From a bacterium (GTDB lineage Bacteria; Patescibacteriota; Dojkabacteria; SC72): 60,403 nt of DNA. Position 1 is the first letter of the stretch; every line of letters begins with the position of its first letter. Positions 1-9,784 of the stretch are shown one piece after another. The stretch lies in assembly GCA_022840695.1 (NCBI GenBank), contig JALHDC010000005.1, forward strand, positions 1 through 60,403, given 5' to 3'. A program made the translations under genes and the position numbers. The notes under the pieces were generated by a model. It saw only the letters and a program-made list of their open reading frames with translations, had not been told where the DNA came from and searched no databases.

Positions 1-1
1 A

Positions 2-607
2 ATATATCCAAAAGGTGGTACTGTATTGAACAAGAACAACGGTTTTGTAGTTGATATTTTGATAGATTCTGGAGAAGAAAAATTAACATCTGCCAAATTC
101 ACACTACTTTTTGATCCTCAGATATTACAATTAAAAAAAGCAGAGAGAAATAACTCCCTTTTTATCCAATTTCCAGAAGATGAATCTACATTGGATAATG
201 AAAATGGTGTTGTACTACTAACTGGTTTTACACAATCAGGTAGTGGAACTTTGTATCAAACATCACAAAAGCCTGATGTCTTTGCAAGGTTAACATTCGA
301 AGTTTTGAAAGAAGGAGAAGCAGTTTTAGATTGGGAGTATGGTGGAAGTAGCACAGTGTTTAATACCTCTATGTACAAAGAAGGTAGCCCTCCACAGAAT
401 ATTTTAAGTAGCAGGCCCGAGAGTGCAACCTTTGTTATAGGGGATGCAATCCTAGATCCGTCGATTGTAGATACCGCTATCCCTATAGATAAGTATGTTT
501 TAGTTACAGGAGCAGTGCTTATACTTTTTGGTGCATTCATGGTTTTTACTAAACCTTCTACATTCAGAAAGAGAAAAGGTACTGTAATCGTGTATGACGA
601 AGAGTAA
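2..607 (+). CDS. Cohesin-like domain protein with C-terminal TM anchor (5'-truncated by window edge)
   Basis: Frame is open from position 2 (IYPKGGTVLNKNNGFVVDILID...), upstream of the track's TTG at 26; cohesin-type beta pattern (F..DI.ID....A.F.L.FDP..LQ); C-terminal hydrophobic helix then KRK. Confidence 0.6.
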   Translation: MYPKGGTVLNKNNGFVVDILIDSGEEKLTSAKFTLLFDPQILQLKKAERNNSLFIQFPEDESTLDNENGVVLLTGFTQSGSGTLYQTSQKPDVFARLTFEVLKEGEAVLDWEYGGSSTVFNTSMYKEGSPPQNILSSRPESATFVIGDAILDPSIVDTAIPIDKYVLVTGAVLILFGAFMVFTKPSTFRKRKGTVIVYDEE

Positions 608-1706
608 TTATACTAAACAGCGAGTAGCCTTAGTCACAGATTCACTTTGGAAAATTGCTGGAGCAGAGAAAGTTTTATTATCCTTTTTAGATATATACCC
701 TGATGCGGATGTTTTTGCTCTGTTTGGTAAAATGGGTATTCTTTCTGAAAAATTAAAAGAAAAGGAAATACATTTCTCTTTTTTAAATAAAATTCCATTT
801 GTCAGACATATCTATAGATATACTTTTCATTTATGGCCTATTGCAATAGAGCAGTTTGATTTCTCCAATTATGATTTAGTTATTTCAAATACATCTTCTG
901 TTGCACACGGTGTAGTAACCCCTTTAGGTTGTAAACATGTTGTCTATGTTAATTCTCCTATGAGGTATGCATGGGACCTATCCTTCCTCTATACCAAAAT
1001 TGTAAGATTTGGATTTTTAAAAAGATGTATAAAAGAGGTATTTGTTAATTTCAATAGAATATGGGATGTAGTTTCTGCTCAGAGGGCTGATGTAGTAATA
1101 ACTAATTCTAAATTTGTTAAAAAGAGAGTTGAAAAGTATTGGGGTAGATCTGTTGATTATGTAGTTACTCCACCTGTTGAATTGTATGAGGGAGAGATAA
1201 AAAGGAAAAGAGAAGAGTATTTTTTTACAGGTTCTCCATATGAACCAAATAAGAGAGGAGACTTTTTGTTTGAATGTGCTTCTAAATTGGGTTTCAATCT
1301 CAAGGTTATAGGTAATGGATCCATGAAGAAGAAACTAAAAAGAAAATATAGGAAATTTAAAAATATAGAGGTTTTAGATTGGGTATCTGATGAAGAAAAA
1401 TGGAATTTAATATCTAATGCAAAGGGATGTATCGTACCAGGTATTGAGGATTACGGAATATTTTGTGCTGAGGCTATAAGTTGTGGAACTCCTGTTTTGG
1501 CATATGGATATGGAGGTAGTACAGAGATAGTTAAAGAGAATATCTCAGGTATGTTTTTTGATAAATGGGAATTAGAGAGTTTTAAAAAGGCTTTAGGTGA
1601 TTTTGAGAGTAGGAATTGGAATTATGAAAAAGTAAGAAAAAGCTTAAGGGATATAAACAATAAAAAGGAATTTAGGGAAAAAATAATGAAGTGTTTAGTT
1701 GAATAG
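594..1706 (+). CDS. Glycosyltransferase family 4 (GT-B)
   Basis: N-terminal VALVTD..W...GAEKV; C-terminal EDYGIFCAEAISCGTPVLAYGYGG (EX7E motif). Confidence 0.9.
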   Translation: MTKSNYTKQRVALVTDSLWKIAGAEKVLLSFLDIYPDADVFALFGKMGILSEKLKEKEIHFSFLNKIPFVRHIYRYTFHLWPIAIEQFDFSNYDLVISNTSSVAHGVVTPLGCKHVVYVNSPMRYAWDLSFLYTKIVRFGFLKRCIKEVFVNFNRIWDVVSAQRADVVITNSKFVKKRVEKYWGRSVDYVVTPPVELYEGEIKRKREEYFFTGSPYEPNKRGDFLFECASKLGFNLKVIGNGSMKKKLKRKYRKFKNIEVLDWVSDEEKWNLISNAKGCIVPGIEDYGIFCAEAISCGTPVLAYGYGGSTEIVKENISGMFFDKWELESFKKALGDFESRNWNYEKVRKSLRDINNKKEFREKIMKCLVE

Positions 1707-1742
1707 GGGGTGTATTTCTGATATTATTTTGACTACCAATAT

Positions 1743-1815
1743 GCCAAGATAGCTCAGCTGGTAGAGCATCTGTCTGAAGAACAGGGGGTCCCCAGTTCGA
1801 ACCTGGGTCTTGGCA
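1743..1815 (+). tRNA. tRNA-Phe(GAA)
   Basis: Acceptor GCCAAGA/TCTTGGC, anticodon loop CTGAAGA, T-loop TTCGAAC; CCA not encoded. Confidence 0.95.
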
Positions 1816-1821
1816 TATTAT

Positions 1822-1898
1822 GCGAGAGTAGTTCAGTTGGCTAGAACGACACATTGCCAATGTGTAGGTCGCGGGTTCGACCCCCGTCTCTCGCTCCA
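1822..1898 (+). tRNA. tRNA-Gly(GCC)
   Basis: Acceptor GCGAGAG/CTCTCGC, loop TTGCCAA, U73, encoded CCA at 1896-1898. Confidence 0.95.
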
Positions 1899-1967
1899 CA
1901 AGAGTATTGGAAATTCAACATATTTATCCTATAATAGCCCCCATATTTTAATTCAACAGCTCTACTA

Positions 1968-2402
1968 ATGCTAGAAAATTTAACCGAGACTCAAATTCAC
2001 AGAAGCCATGAGTCAATGAAGGAAATTTGGGAATTACTTAGTTGGGAAGATAGAAGATTTTTATACAATCTTCGTGGAGTAGATATAAGTAACAAAAGAA
2101 ATAGATTTACTCCTAACACTGGGTTTCCAGAAGAATATGTATTAAAGAGATTTCCTGTTTCTTCAGTAAATTACTCCTTGCTTTGTTCTAGTAATTTTAT
2201 TCTTAGAACGGATAGAAAAGATATTGCTAAAGATTTTCTTGAAACCTATGTAGAAAATATCCAAGAAGATAATGAAGAATTTTCCTCCGCATATAATAAA
2301 GAAATGTTTATTTTAGAATCTACACAGGAAGGTGAAGACATGAGAGTAGTTGCAACAGAGGAGTGCTTAAGGTTTTTTGAAAAATTCTTTACTGAGTCTT
2401 AA
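1968..2402 (+). CDS. Hypothetical protein (orphan after tRNA-Gly)
   Basis: 144-aa ORF filling the gap; no motif recognised. Confidence 0.6.
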   Translation: MLENLTETQIHRSHESMKEIWELLSWEDRRFLYNLRGVDISNKRNRFTPNTGFPEEYVLKRFPVSSVNYSLLCSSNFILRTDRKDIAKDFLETYVENIQEDNEEFSSAYNKEMFILESTQEGEDMRVVATEECLRFFEKFFTES

Positions 2403-2988
2403 AAAATTTCTTTCTGTTTTTATAAATATATATTCCTACTCCCAAGAATATTAGGAATAGCATACCATTATTAAATGTATCTATAATTTTCTTTATAGCT
2501 TCCCAATTTAATCCGACCTCTGCACCTGCATATGCAAAGCCGTAGGCATATATAAATGTAGGAATAAATACTGTAATAGCAAATATGAAGTAATTATATT
2601 TTACATAACCCGCTACCAAAGATGCTGCTACCCTTATCCATGGTACAAATCTTGCAAAGAAAAGATACCAAGCTCCGTTTCTATTTATGGAGTCATAACC
2701 GTTTTTATATGAATTCTTTGTAACGTTAATTAATTTTCCTCTTCTTTCTAAAAAGCCAAATATATCTTTTTTATTAAAATACAGACCAACTAAATATGTA
2801 GGAATAGATCCAATAACTTCTCCAAAAGCTGCTGCAAGTGCTATTTCTGAAAGATTATCAGGTCTAACTGCAGCTACTGCTGCCATGACTATCTCCGCGG
2901 GAAATATCCCAAAACATGCAATGAATACACCCCAATATCCTAATCCTCCTAACCAAACTGTTATATTGTAAAGTAAATCTGAAATCAC
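2389..2988 (-). CDS. DedA/VTT family membrane protein
   Basis: FPAEIVM, Y..G..F, FFARFVPWIR motifs; GTG start 5 nt after TATAAT (2994-2999). Confidence 0.85.
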   Translation of the reverse strand: MISDLLYNITVWLGGLGYWGVFIACFGIFPAEIVMAAVAAVRPDNLSEIALAAAFGEVIGSIPTYLVGLYFNKKDIFGFLERRGKLINVTKNSYKNGYDSINRNGAWYLFFARFVPWIRVAASLVAGYVKYNYFIFAITVFIPTFIYAYGFAYAGAEVGLNWEAIKKIIDTFNNGMLFLIFLGVGIYIYKNRKKFFKTQ

Positions 2989-3073
2989 AATTAATTATAT
3001 TATCAAATATCTGTGAAGAAAGTATACATCATTTTCATTCTTGTATTTCAATGATAATATTTAGGTATTCATT

Positions 3074-3886
3074 ATGCCTGAAGAAATAGAGAAAAAGCAG
3101 AAGAGGTTTTTTAAAGAGAAAATATCTAGATACAGACCTGTTGTTTTTATACGGAAAAATATATATGTATTTTCTTTTATATCTCTTTTTTCTTTGTCAT
3201 TGTTGTTTGGATTTTGGAATATTAAAAAATATGAGATATATGACATAACAGGTTCTACCGTTGATGAAAATGTTAAGGAAGATATAGATAAATATTTTGA
3301 TGAAAATATACAGGGTCAAAACTATTTTGTGCTCTCTCCCACGGAGTTAAGAGAGAAGATGTATTTAGATATATCATATGTAAAGAGTGTCAGAATAGAG
3401 AAGGTTGTGCCTAATAAATTGATATTCTTTTTTGAGATATACTCTCCACAATATGTTGCAAAGATTGCAGAAAAAAATTGTTATATCTTGTCTAACGAAG
3501 GAATTGTCTTGGAACAGCTTTGTCTTGAGGGGGATGATGAATGTTGCAAACAGATATCACTTGAAAAGAAACTTCCATTTGTTCTTTCTTCTGATATAGA
3601 TATATCATTTTTTGAAGATCAAAAGGATAGATTACTCATAATGGAGGATATAAATAAAATATATACTGTTATTAGTAGTTTTAAATATGTAATTACTGAT
3701 ATTACATTAGATGATGAGGTACTTGAACTTTCGGATGAGCAGGGTAAAATATTTAGGTTCAATATAAATGATGATGTACAGTTACAAATAAAAAGATATA
3801 TCTCTGTAATGAAGAAAATAAGAAGCGATGGAATGGAGTTTAATAGTCTAGATATGAGATTTGAAAGACCTGTTATGAAGATCTAA
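3074..3886 (+). CDS. ftsQ: Cell division protein FtsQ/DivIB-like
   Basis: Single N-terminal TM, POTRA-like segment (YVKSVRIEKVVPNKL), C-terminal LDMRFERPV; directly upstream of ftsA. Confidence 0.75.
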   Translation: MPEEIEKKQKRFFKEKISRYRPVVFIRKNIYVFSFISLFSLSLLFGFWNIKKYEIYDITGSTVDENVKEDIDKYFDENIQGQNYFVLSPTELREKMYLDISYVKSVRIEKVVPNKLIFFFEIYSPQYVAKIAEKNCYILSNEGIVLEQLCLEGDDECCKQISLEKKLPFVLSSDIDISFFEDQKDRLLIMEDINKIYTVISSFKYVITDITLDDEVLELSDEQGKIFRFNINDDVQLQIKRYISVMKKIRSDGMEFNSLDMRFERPVMKI

Positions 3887-3997
3887 GAAAGTTCTTGATT
3901 AAATAACTGTTTTTGATTATATTATTAAATAGAACTTGTTTAATTGAGTTTTTTATATATAATAAGTTTTAAGTAAAATTACTGCCTCTTAACAAAT

Positions 3998-5296
3998 ATG
4001 GCACGCAAAATAATAACAGCAATAGATGTAGGTTCCTCAAAAATTACGACAGTAATTACAGCTGTAGAGGATAATCAACAACCTACAGTTATCGGTGTCT
4101 GTTCTCATCCAAGTAAGGGTATCAAGAAAGGAGTGGTGGTTAATATAGATGATGCTACTAGTGCCATTTCCGAAAGTGTCACTGCTGCAGAAAGAATGGC
4201 CGGCGTTACAGTTTCCGATGTGTATGTTTCTATCAATGGTGAACAGGTAACAAGTTTGAACAACAAAGGTGTTGTCGCAGTTGCTGGTTCTGAAATAACT
4301 ATTGATGATACATATAGAGCTATTGAAAATGCTAGAACTTTATCTCTTCCTGATAATCTTAATCCTATCCATATTATTCCTAGAGAGTTTGTAGTGGATA
4401 ATCAGGGAGGTATCAAGTATCCAATTGGCATGAGTGGTGGAAGGTTAGAGGTAGAGACACACATAATTACAGCACCAAATTCATATTGGCAGAATATTAA
4501 AAAATGTGTGGATCAGATAGGATCAAATGTATATGATGTGATATTTACAGGTTGGGCTTCCTCTCTTTCTGTTTTAACTGATACAGAAAAAGAGTTAGGT
4601 GTAACACTTTTGGATATAGGTTCTGGAACCACCAGTATTTGTATTTTCCAAGAAGGTTCAGTCATATATAGTGGAAGCATTCCTATAGGTGGTAATAATA
4701 TCACAAGTGATATCGCTATTGGATTACAGGTTTCTTTAGAGGATGCTGAAAAGATAAAAATAAATATGGGAGATCTCTTTGATAATAAGTGTGTTGATAA
4801 CAAGAGTAAAAATATGGATTCAACACCTGCTTTATTGAGAAAATTAGATGAACCTAAGGGTAAGAAGGAAAAAAGTGAAGAGGTCGATTTAAATGTAATT
4901 GGTGTAGATAAAAAAGTATCTAAGGATATGTTACAAAAAATAGTAGAAGCAAGATGTGAAGAAGTTTTTGAAATGGCCAAAGATAATGTTACGAAAGCTG
5001 GATATGAGATATCAATGCCAGCAGGTATAGTTCTAACAGGTGGTACCAGTTTATTAAGAAATCTTACGAAATTAACACAGTGTGTATTTGGTGTAGCAGC
5101 AAGGGTAGGGTATCCTTCAGGTCTTACAGGTATGACAGAAGAAATATCAGATCCTTCGTATGCAACTGTTCAAGGCTTGATAAAGCATGCACTAGATGAT
5201 GATGTTGAAATTTCTTCTTCTGTAGATAAGGGTAAATCTAGTATGTCTGGTTTCTTTAATAAGGTTACAGAGTGGTTTAAGTCTTTACTGCCCTAG
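3998..5296 (+). CDS. ftsA: Cell division protein FtsA
   Basis: AIDVGSSKI, LLDIGSGTT, GIVLTGGTS actin-fold motifs; C-terminal amphipathic helix (FFNKVTEWFKSLL). Confidence 0.97.
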   Translation: MARKIITAIDVGSSKITTVITAVEDNQQPTVIGVCSHPSKGIKKGVVVNIDDATSAISESVTAAERMAGVTVSDVYVSINGEQVTSLNNKGVVAVAGSEITIDDTYRAIENARTLSLPDNLNPIHIIPREFVVDNQGGIKYPIGMSGGRLEVETHIITAPNSYWQNIKKCVDQIGSNVYDVIFTGWASSLSVLTDTEKELGVTLLDIGSGTTSICIFQEGSVIYSGSIPIGGNNITSDIAIGLQVSLEDAEKIKINMGDLFDNKCVDNKSKNMDSTPALLRKLDEPKGKKEKSEEVDLNVIGVDKKVSKDMLQKIVEARCEEVFEMAKDNVTKAGYEISMPAGIVLTGGTSLLRNLTKLTQCVFGVAARVGYPSGLTGMTEEISDPSYATVQGLIKHALDDDVEISSSVDKGKSSMSGFFNKVTEWFKSLLP

Positions 5297-5327
5297 TAGA
5301 ATTTAAATTAATAACAGTAAAGTAGTT

Positions 5328-6560
5328 ATGTTAGTTACAACAAATGTAGATCCGGTAGCGAAAATAAAAGTGGTTGGTGTTGGTGGTGGTGGATGTAATG
5401 CAATCAATACTATGATTACCGACTATGATATTGCCGGTGTTGAATTTATGGCATTTAATACAGATGCTCAGGCATTAAAAATGTCTCAAGCTCCAATAAC
5501 TTTGCAATTAGGAGAGGAATTAACGCACGGTTTAGGTGTAGGAGGAAATTACGAATTAGGGGCACAAGCTGCTGAAGAAAGTATTGATCAAATACAGGAG
5601 CTTTTAGAAGGTGCTAATATGGTCTTCATTACGGCAGGTATGGGTGGTGGGACAGGTACAGGAGCCGCTCCAATTGTTGCAGGTGTTGCAAGAAACATGG
5701 GTGCACTAACAGTAGCTGTAGTTACAAGACCTTTTGATTTTGAAGGAAATAAAAGAAAGGAGATTGCAGAAGAGGGTATTAATGCAATGAGAGATAAGGT
5801 TGATACTTTAATTGTTGTTCCTAATCAAAGATTGTTAGAAATAGTTGATGAGAGTGAGAAACTTTCCTTTATAGATGCCATGAAGAAAGTAGATTCTGTT
5901 CTCGCAGAAGGGGTAAATAGTATATCTGGATTAATTAGTCAAACAGGATATATTAATGCTGACTTCAATGATGCTAAATCAGTTATGCAAAATGCAGGTA
6001 CTGCTTTAATGGGTATAGGTAGAGCTAGTGGAGAAAATAGGGCTGAAGAGGCTGCTAGAGCAGCTACAACAAGTCCATTGCTTGATATGTCCATAGAGGG
6101 TGCAACAGGTGTTCTTTACAATATTGTTGGTTCAGATTTAACTCTTCCTGAGATAAGTTTGGTATCTGAATTAATTAAAGAAGCAGTAGATCCTGCAGCA
6201 AATATTAAATTTGGTGCTCAAATAGATCCAGATGCTGGAGATGAAATTTCCATAACAATAGTAGCTACTGGATTTGATGAAAATAAACAGATATTTACTA
6301 AAAAAGAAAGAGGTTTCGGTGGTACTGCTACAAATGTTAGAACATTCGGATTTGATACTAAAGAAAGTAGTACTGATACTGATGAAATGGAAGAATTTGA
6401 TGTTGTAAAAGAGGTAGAAAAAGAAGAGCTTCCTTCCTTTGAAGAGGAAGACACTACTTCTGATACAGTAGATATGCCATTAAATACAGATCTACCCAAT
6501 GATGTCGGAGATGATCCATTAGATGTTCCAGCATTCATGAGGAAAAGAGATAGTAAGTAA
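5328..6560 (+). CDS. ftsZ: Cell division protein FtsZ
   Basis: GVGGGG, tubulin signature GMGGGTGTG, INADFND, C-terminal LDVPAFMRK. Confidence 0.99.
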   Translation: MLVTTNVDPVAKIKVVGVGGGGCNAINTMITDYDIAGVEFMAFNTDAQALKMSQAPITLQLGEELTHGLGVGGNYELGAQAAEESIDQIQELLEGANMVFITAGMGGGTGTGAAPIVAGVARNMGALTVAVVTRPFDFEGNKRKEIAEEGINAMRDKVDTLIVVPNQRLLEIVDESEKLSFIDAMKKVDSVLAEGVNSISGLISQTGYINADFNDAKSVMQNAGTALMGIGRASGENRAEEAARAATTSPLLDMSIEGATGVLYNIVGSDLTLPEISLVSELIKEAVDPAANIKFGAQIDPDAGDEISITIVATGFDENKQIFTKKERGFGGTATNVRTFGFDTKESSTDTDEMEEFDVVKEVEKEELPSFEEEDTTSDTVDMPLNTDLPNDVGDDPLDVPAFMRKRDSK

Positions 6561-6588
6561 TCAGTAAGAGTAATATAATCAGATATAT

Positions 6589-7911
6589 ATGAGTTTTCTA
6601 AGCTCTACTAACAAGAGAAGTATTAAGGTTAATACTACAATTCTTTTTATACTATTTTTACTTTCAGGAATTGGAATTCTTTCTCTTCTCTCTACTACAA
6701 TACTACCATCTGGGACATTTGGAGACTTGGACATAGTTTACAAACAGTTACTATTCATCATCTTAGGATTGGTAACATACATAATCTTTTCATATATAGA
6801 TCTTTCTTATCTAAAACATTGGCAAATTCTTTTAGCAATATATCTCCTTACCCTTCTCCTTCTAATCTTTACTCTTCTTTTTGCACCAACAATCAATTTT
6901 GTTAAAAGATGGTTAGTAATTGGTGGAATACAAATTCAACCATCCGAGATAGCCAAAGTTACAGTAACTATATTTACAGCAGTAATCCTTTCAAAAAAGG
7001 ATACCATTAATGAATGGCTTCTTTTTGTAATATCTTTTCTTCTAACTCTGCCTTTAGCTATTCTAATATATCTTGAACCACATGCTAGTATGGCACTGCT
7101 AACATTGGCAACATGGTTCTTCGTTGCATTTTTGGGTCTTTCTAATCCTGTAAGGAATACGATACTATTAATAATACTTTCCTCTCTTACAGGAGCATTC
7201 CTCCTAAGTTCTATAACCTCAAATCATAATTGGTATTTTCTTGCTATACCAGGAGTAATTCTTTCAATATTTGCCTTCTATTCAAGTAAATCTTGGAAAA
7301 ATCTAGCTGTAATAGTTTTTGCTATTGGTATTCTTCTTGGATTTATATCATCCACAGTCTGGGAAAATGTCCTAAAAGATTATCAAAAAGATAGAATTGT
7401 AGCATTCTTTAATCCAGAAGGAACAGAATCCGATATTGGTTTTAATGTTAATCAATCTAGAATTGCAGTGGGGTCAGGAAAGATATTTGGTAAAGGATTT
7501 GGTAATGGTACACAAAGCAAAAGAAATTTTCTTCCTGAGCATCAAACAGATTTCATCTTTGCATCCTTTGCAGAAGAATTTGGACTTGTAGGTAGTCTTT
7601 TCCTCATGGCTATATATGGATATATTGTGCTTTTTTGTTTCTTCACTGCTATTAATATTGCTGAAGATCCAATGCTTTCTCTAATATCCCTTGGGGTTGG
7701 TGTGAAAGTACTTCTTGAAGTTTTTATTAATATTGGAACAAATACTGGAGCCATCCCTGCTACGGGTATTCCTCTTCCCCTTATGAGTGCAGGTGGGAGC
7801 ATAACTTTGATGACTTTTCTTTGTTTAGCATTGGTTGGAAATATATCCTCTAATGTTTCCAAATTAGGTAGGGTGGAACAAAGAAATCTGGTTAATATAT
7901 ATGAAGAATAG
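6589..7911 (+). CDS. SEDS family protein (FtsW/RodA)
   Basis: KRWLVIGGIQIQPSEIAK, QSRIAVGSG, LPEHQTDFIF, IPATGIPLPLMSAGGS. Confidence 0.95.
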   Translation: MSFLSSTNKRSIKVNTTILFILFLLSGIGILSLLSTTILPSGTFGDLDIVYKQLLFIILGLVTYIIFSYIDLSYLKHWQILLAIYLLTLLLLIFTLLFAPTINFVKRWLVIGGIQIQPSEIAKVTVTIFTAVILSKKDTINEWLLFVISFLLTLPLAILIYLEPHASMALLTLATWFFVAFLGLSNPVRNTILLIILSSLTGAFLLSSITSNHNWYFLAIPGVILSIFAFYSSKSWKNLAVIVFAIGILLGFISSTVWENVLKDYQKDRIVAFFNPEGTESDIGFNVNQSRIAVGSGKIFGKGFGNGTQSKRNFLPEHQTDFIFASFAEEFGLVGSLFLMAIYGYIVLFCFFTAINIAEDPMLSLISLGVGVKVLLEVFINIGTNTGAIPATGIPLPLMSAGGSITLMTFLCLALVGNISSNVSKLGRVEQRNLVNIYEE

Positions 7912-7919
7912 GGTTATAT

Positions 7920-7948
7920 TTGACTTTTTGACGATATTAAATTAAAAT
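7920..7948 (+). promoter_or_regulatory. Sigma70-type promoter for rplU (near-leaderless)
   Basis: TTGACT (7920-7925), 17 bp, TAAAAT (7943-7948), 8 nt, ATG 7957. Confidence 0.6.
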
Positions 7949-7956
7949 CTCTTCTC

Positions 7957-8295
7957 ATGGCAGAAAAGAAAGAAACTACAAAAGAAAAGTTCGCAATTAT
8001 CAAAATCTCTGGAGTTCAGTTGAAGGTTTTTGAAGGTAAGGAGTATGAAATTAACAAGATTAGTGGAAATAAAGGTGATAAGGTGGAAATAGAGGAAGTA
8101 CTTTTGATTAGCGATGGTACAGATACAAAAATTGGTAAACCCTTTGTTGAAGGGTCTAAGGTTGTATTAGAAATAACCTCTCAGAAAAAGGGAGAGAAAA
8201 TAGAGGGTCTTGTTTATAAAGCCAAAGCAAGATACAGAAGAAGATATGGCTTTAGAGCTAATATAACAAAAGTTATTGTTAAAAAAATATCATAA
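7957..8295 (+). CDS. rplU: 50S ribosomal protein L21
   Basis: FAIIKISGVQLKV, IGKPFVEGSKV, YKAKARYRRRYGFR. Confidence 0.95.
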   Translation: MAEKKETTKEKFAIIKISGVQLKVFEGKEYEINKISGNKGDKVEIEEVLLISDGTDTKIGKPFVEGSKVVLEITSQKKGEKIEGLVYKAKARYRRRYGFRANITKVIVKKIS

Positions 8296-9485
8296 TGCCC
8301 AAGCAGTATTTTTTTCAAGCCGGTACTTTTCAGGATCTATCCTATGCAGAACTTGTTTCTGTGTTTGAAATTTACGGATTAAACAAAGATGTTATTCACA
8401 AATTTACAGATGACATATTCTTAATAAAGAGCAAAGAAATTTCTGAAGATCTCTTAATGAATATTTTCAATAGATTGGGTGGATTCATAAGGTTAGGGTA
8501 TGTAATTGATAATTTAGACACATTTTTAGAAAAATTCACGGAACAGAAGAGTAGAGTGGTATTTGGATTGAGTGTTCTTGGAAGGAGAGATAGGGGTGAT
8601 ATAGCTTTCCTTAAAAAGTTAGGTAATGAATTAAAAAGAGGTTTTAAGGAGTACAATATTTCTTCTAGATTTCTTTTCCCAAGGGGTAAAGATTTGGAAT
8701 TAAATGCAGCACAGATAGTGAACAATGCAGTTCTAAAGAAAGGGTTTGAGCTATGTATATTAAGAAATCAGGAAGAGGAAATATATTCTAGTACATTACT
8801 AGTCCAGGATATAGAGGGATATATTAAAAGAGATACCCAAAGACCACATTCTGATATCGATATGGGAGTATTACCTCCTAAATTAGCCAGAATCATGATT
8901 AATCTGTGTTCATTAAAAGAAGGTACGATATGGGATCCTTTCTGTGGATCGGGGACAGTCCCCATGGAAAGTGCTCTCCTAGGCTACAATTTCTTAGCAT
9001 CGGATATTGATGAAAATGCAATATACTATACAGAGGAAAATGTGAAATGGCTGAATGAACAGGGAGATTTAGGAAATATCGTATACGAGGCTTTTCGATT
9101 GGATATATCACAACCAGATAGGGTGGTAATTAAGAAACTTAAGAACACAAATATATCAGGTATAGTATGTGAGCCTTATATGGGTCCAGCTCAAAAAAAT
9201 GTAATTTCAGAGGAAAAGGCAGATGGACTATTAAATGATGTTAAATCTTTGTATAAAAACCTTTTTGAGATGCTAGACGAAGAAATTGGTGTGAGGGGAG
9301 TTAAAATGGTTTTGATAATACCATCATATAAAACATATTCCGGATGGAAAACTTTTGGGATTAGAGAAATTGTTAGTAACAGGTGGGAAGTACTAAATTC
9401 CTACTACTCGCCATCAAGGGACTTGAAGTGGAGCCGTAAAAATAGTATTATCACTAGGAATATTTTCATACTACATAGAACTTAG
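8295..9485 (+). CDS. SAM-dependent methyltransferase, Trm11/TrmG10-like
   Basis: LPPKLARIMINL, WDPFCGSGT (motif I), ASDID, CEPYMG (motif IV-like). Confidence 0.7.
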   Translation: MPKQYFFQAGTFQDLSYAELVSVFEIYGLNKDVIHKFTDDIFLIKSKEISEDLLMNIFNRLGGFIRLGYVIDNLDTFLEKFTEQKSRVVFGLSVLGRRDRGDIAFLKKLGNELKRGFKEYNISSRFLFPRGKDLELNAAQIVNNAVLKKGFELCILRNQEEEIYSSTLLVQDIEGYIKRDTQRPHSDIDMGVLPPKLARIMINLCSLKEGTIWDPFCGSGTVPMESALLGYNFLASDIDENAIYYTEENVKWLNEQGDLGNIVYEAFRLDISQPDRVVIKKLKNTNISGIVCEPYMGPAQKNVISEEKADGLLNDVKSLYKNLFEMLDEEIGVRGVKMVLIIPSYKTYSGWKTFGIREIVSNRWEVLNSYYSPSRDLKWSRKNSIITRNIFILHRT

Positions 9486-9516
9486 TAGTAATTAGATAAA
9501 TTAAGATATTTTTGCT

Positions 9517-9783
9517 ATGTCACATGTAGCAGCAGGAGCGACATCATCAAACTATGGTCATGTTGCAGGAAAAAGACTTGGAGTCAAAAAATATGCAGGA
9601 GAAGAGGTTAAAGCTGGAAACATAATTGTTAAACAGAATGGTTCAGTTTACCATCCTGGTAAAAATACATACATGTCAAAGACATACTCCATACATGCTA
9701 AAACAGATGGTGTTGTTGCATTTAGAAGAATGAGTGGCTTTAAAAGGGGGAAGTTTTACATAGATGTGGTAGAATCTAAATAG
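9517..9783 (+). CDS. rpmA: 50S ribosomal protein L27
   Basis: KRLGVKKYAGEEVKAGNIIVKQNGSVYHPGKN, IHAKTDGVV. Confidence 0.95.
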   Translation: MSHVAAGATSSNYGHVAGKRLGVKKYAGEEVKAGNIIVKQNGSVYHPGKNTYMSKTYSIHAKTDGVVAFRRMSGFKRGKFYIDVVESK

Positions 9784-9784
9784 A

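Noticed and set aside
1672-1899. 75-aa minus-strand ORF
   Set aside because: Runs antisense across tRNA-Phe and tRNA-Gly.
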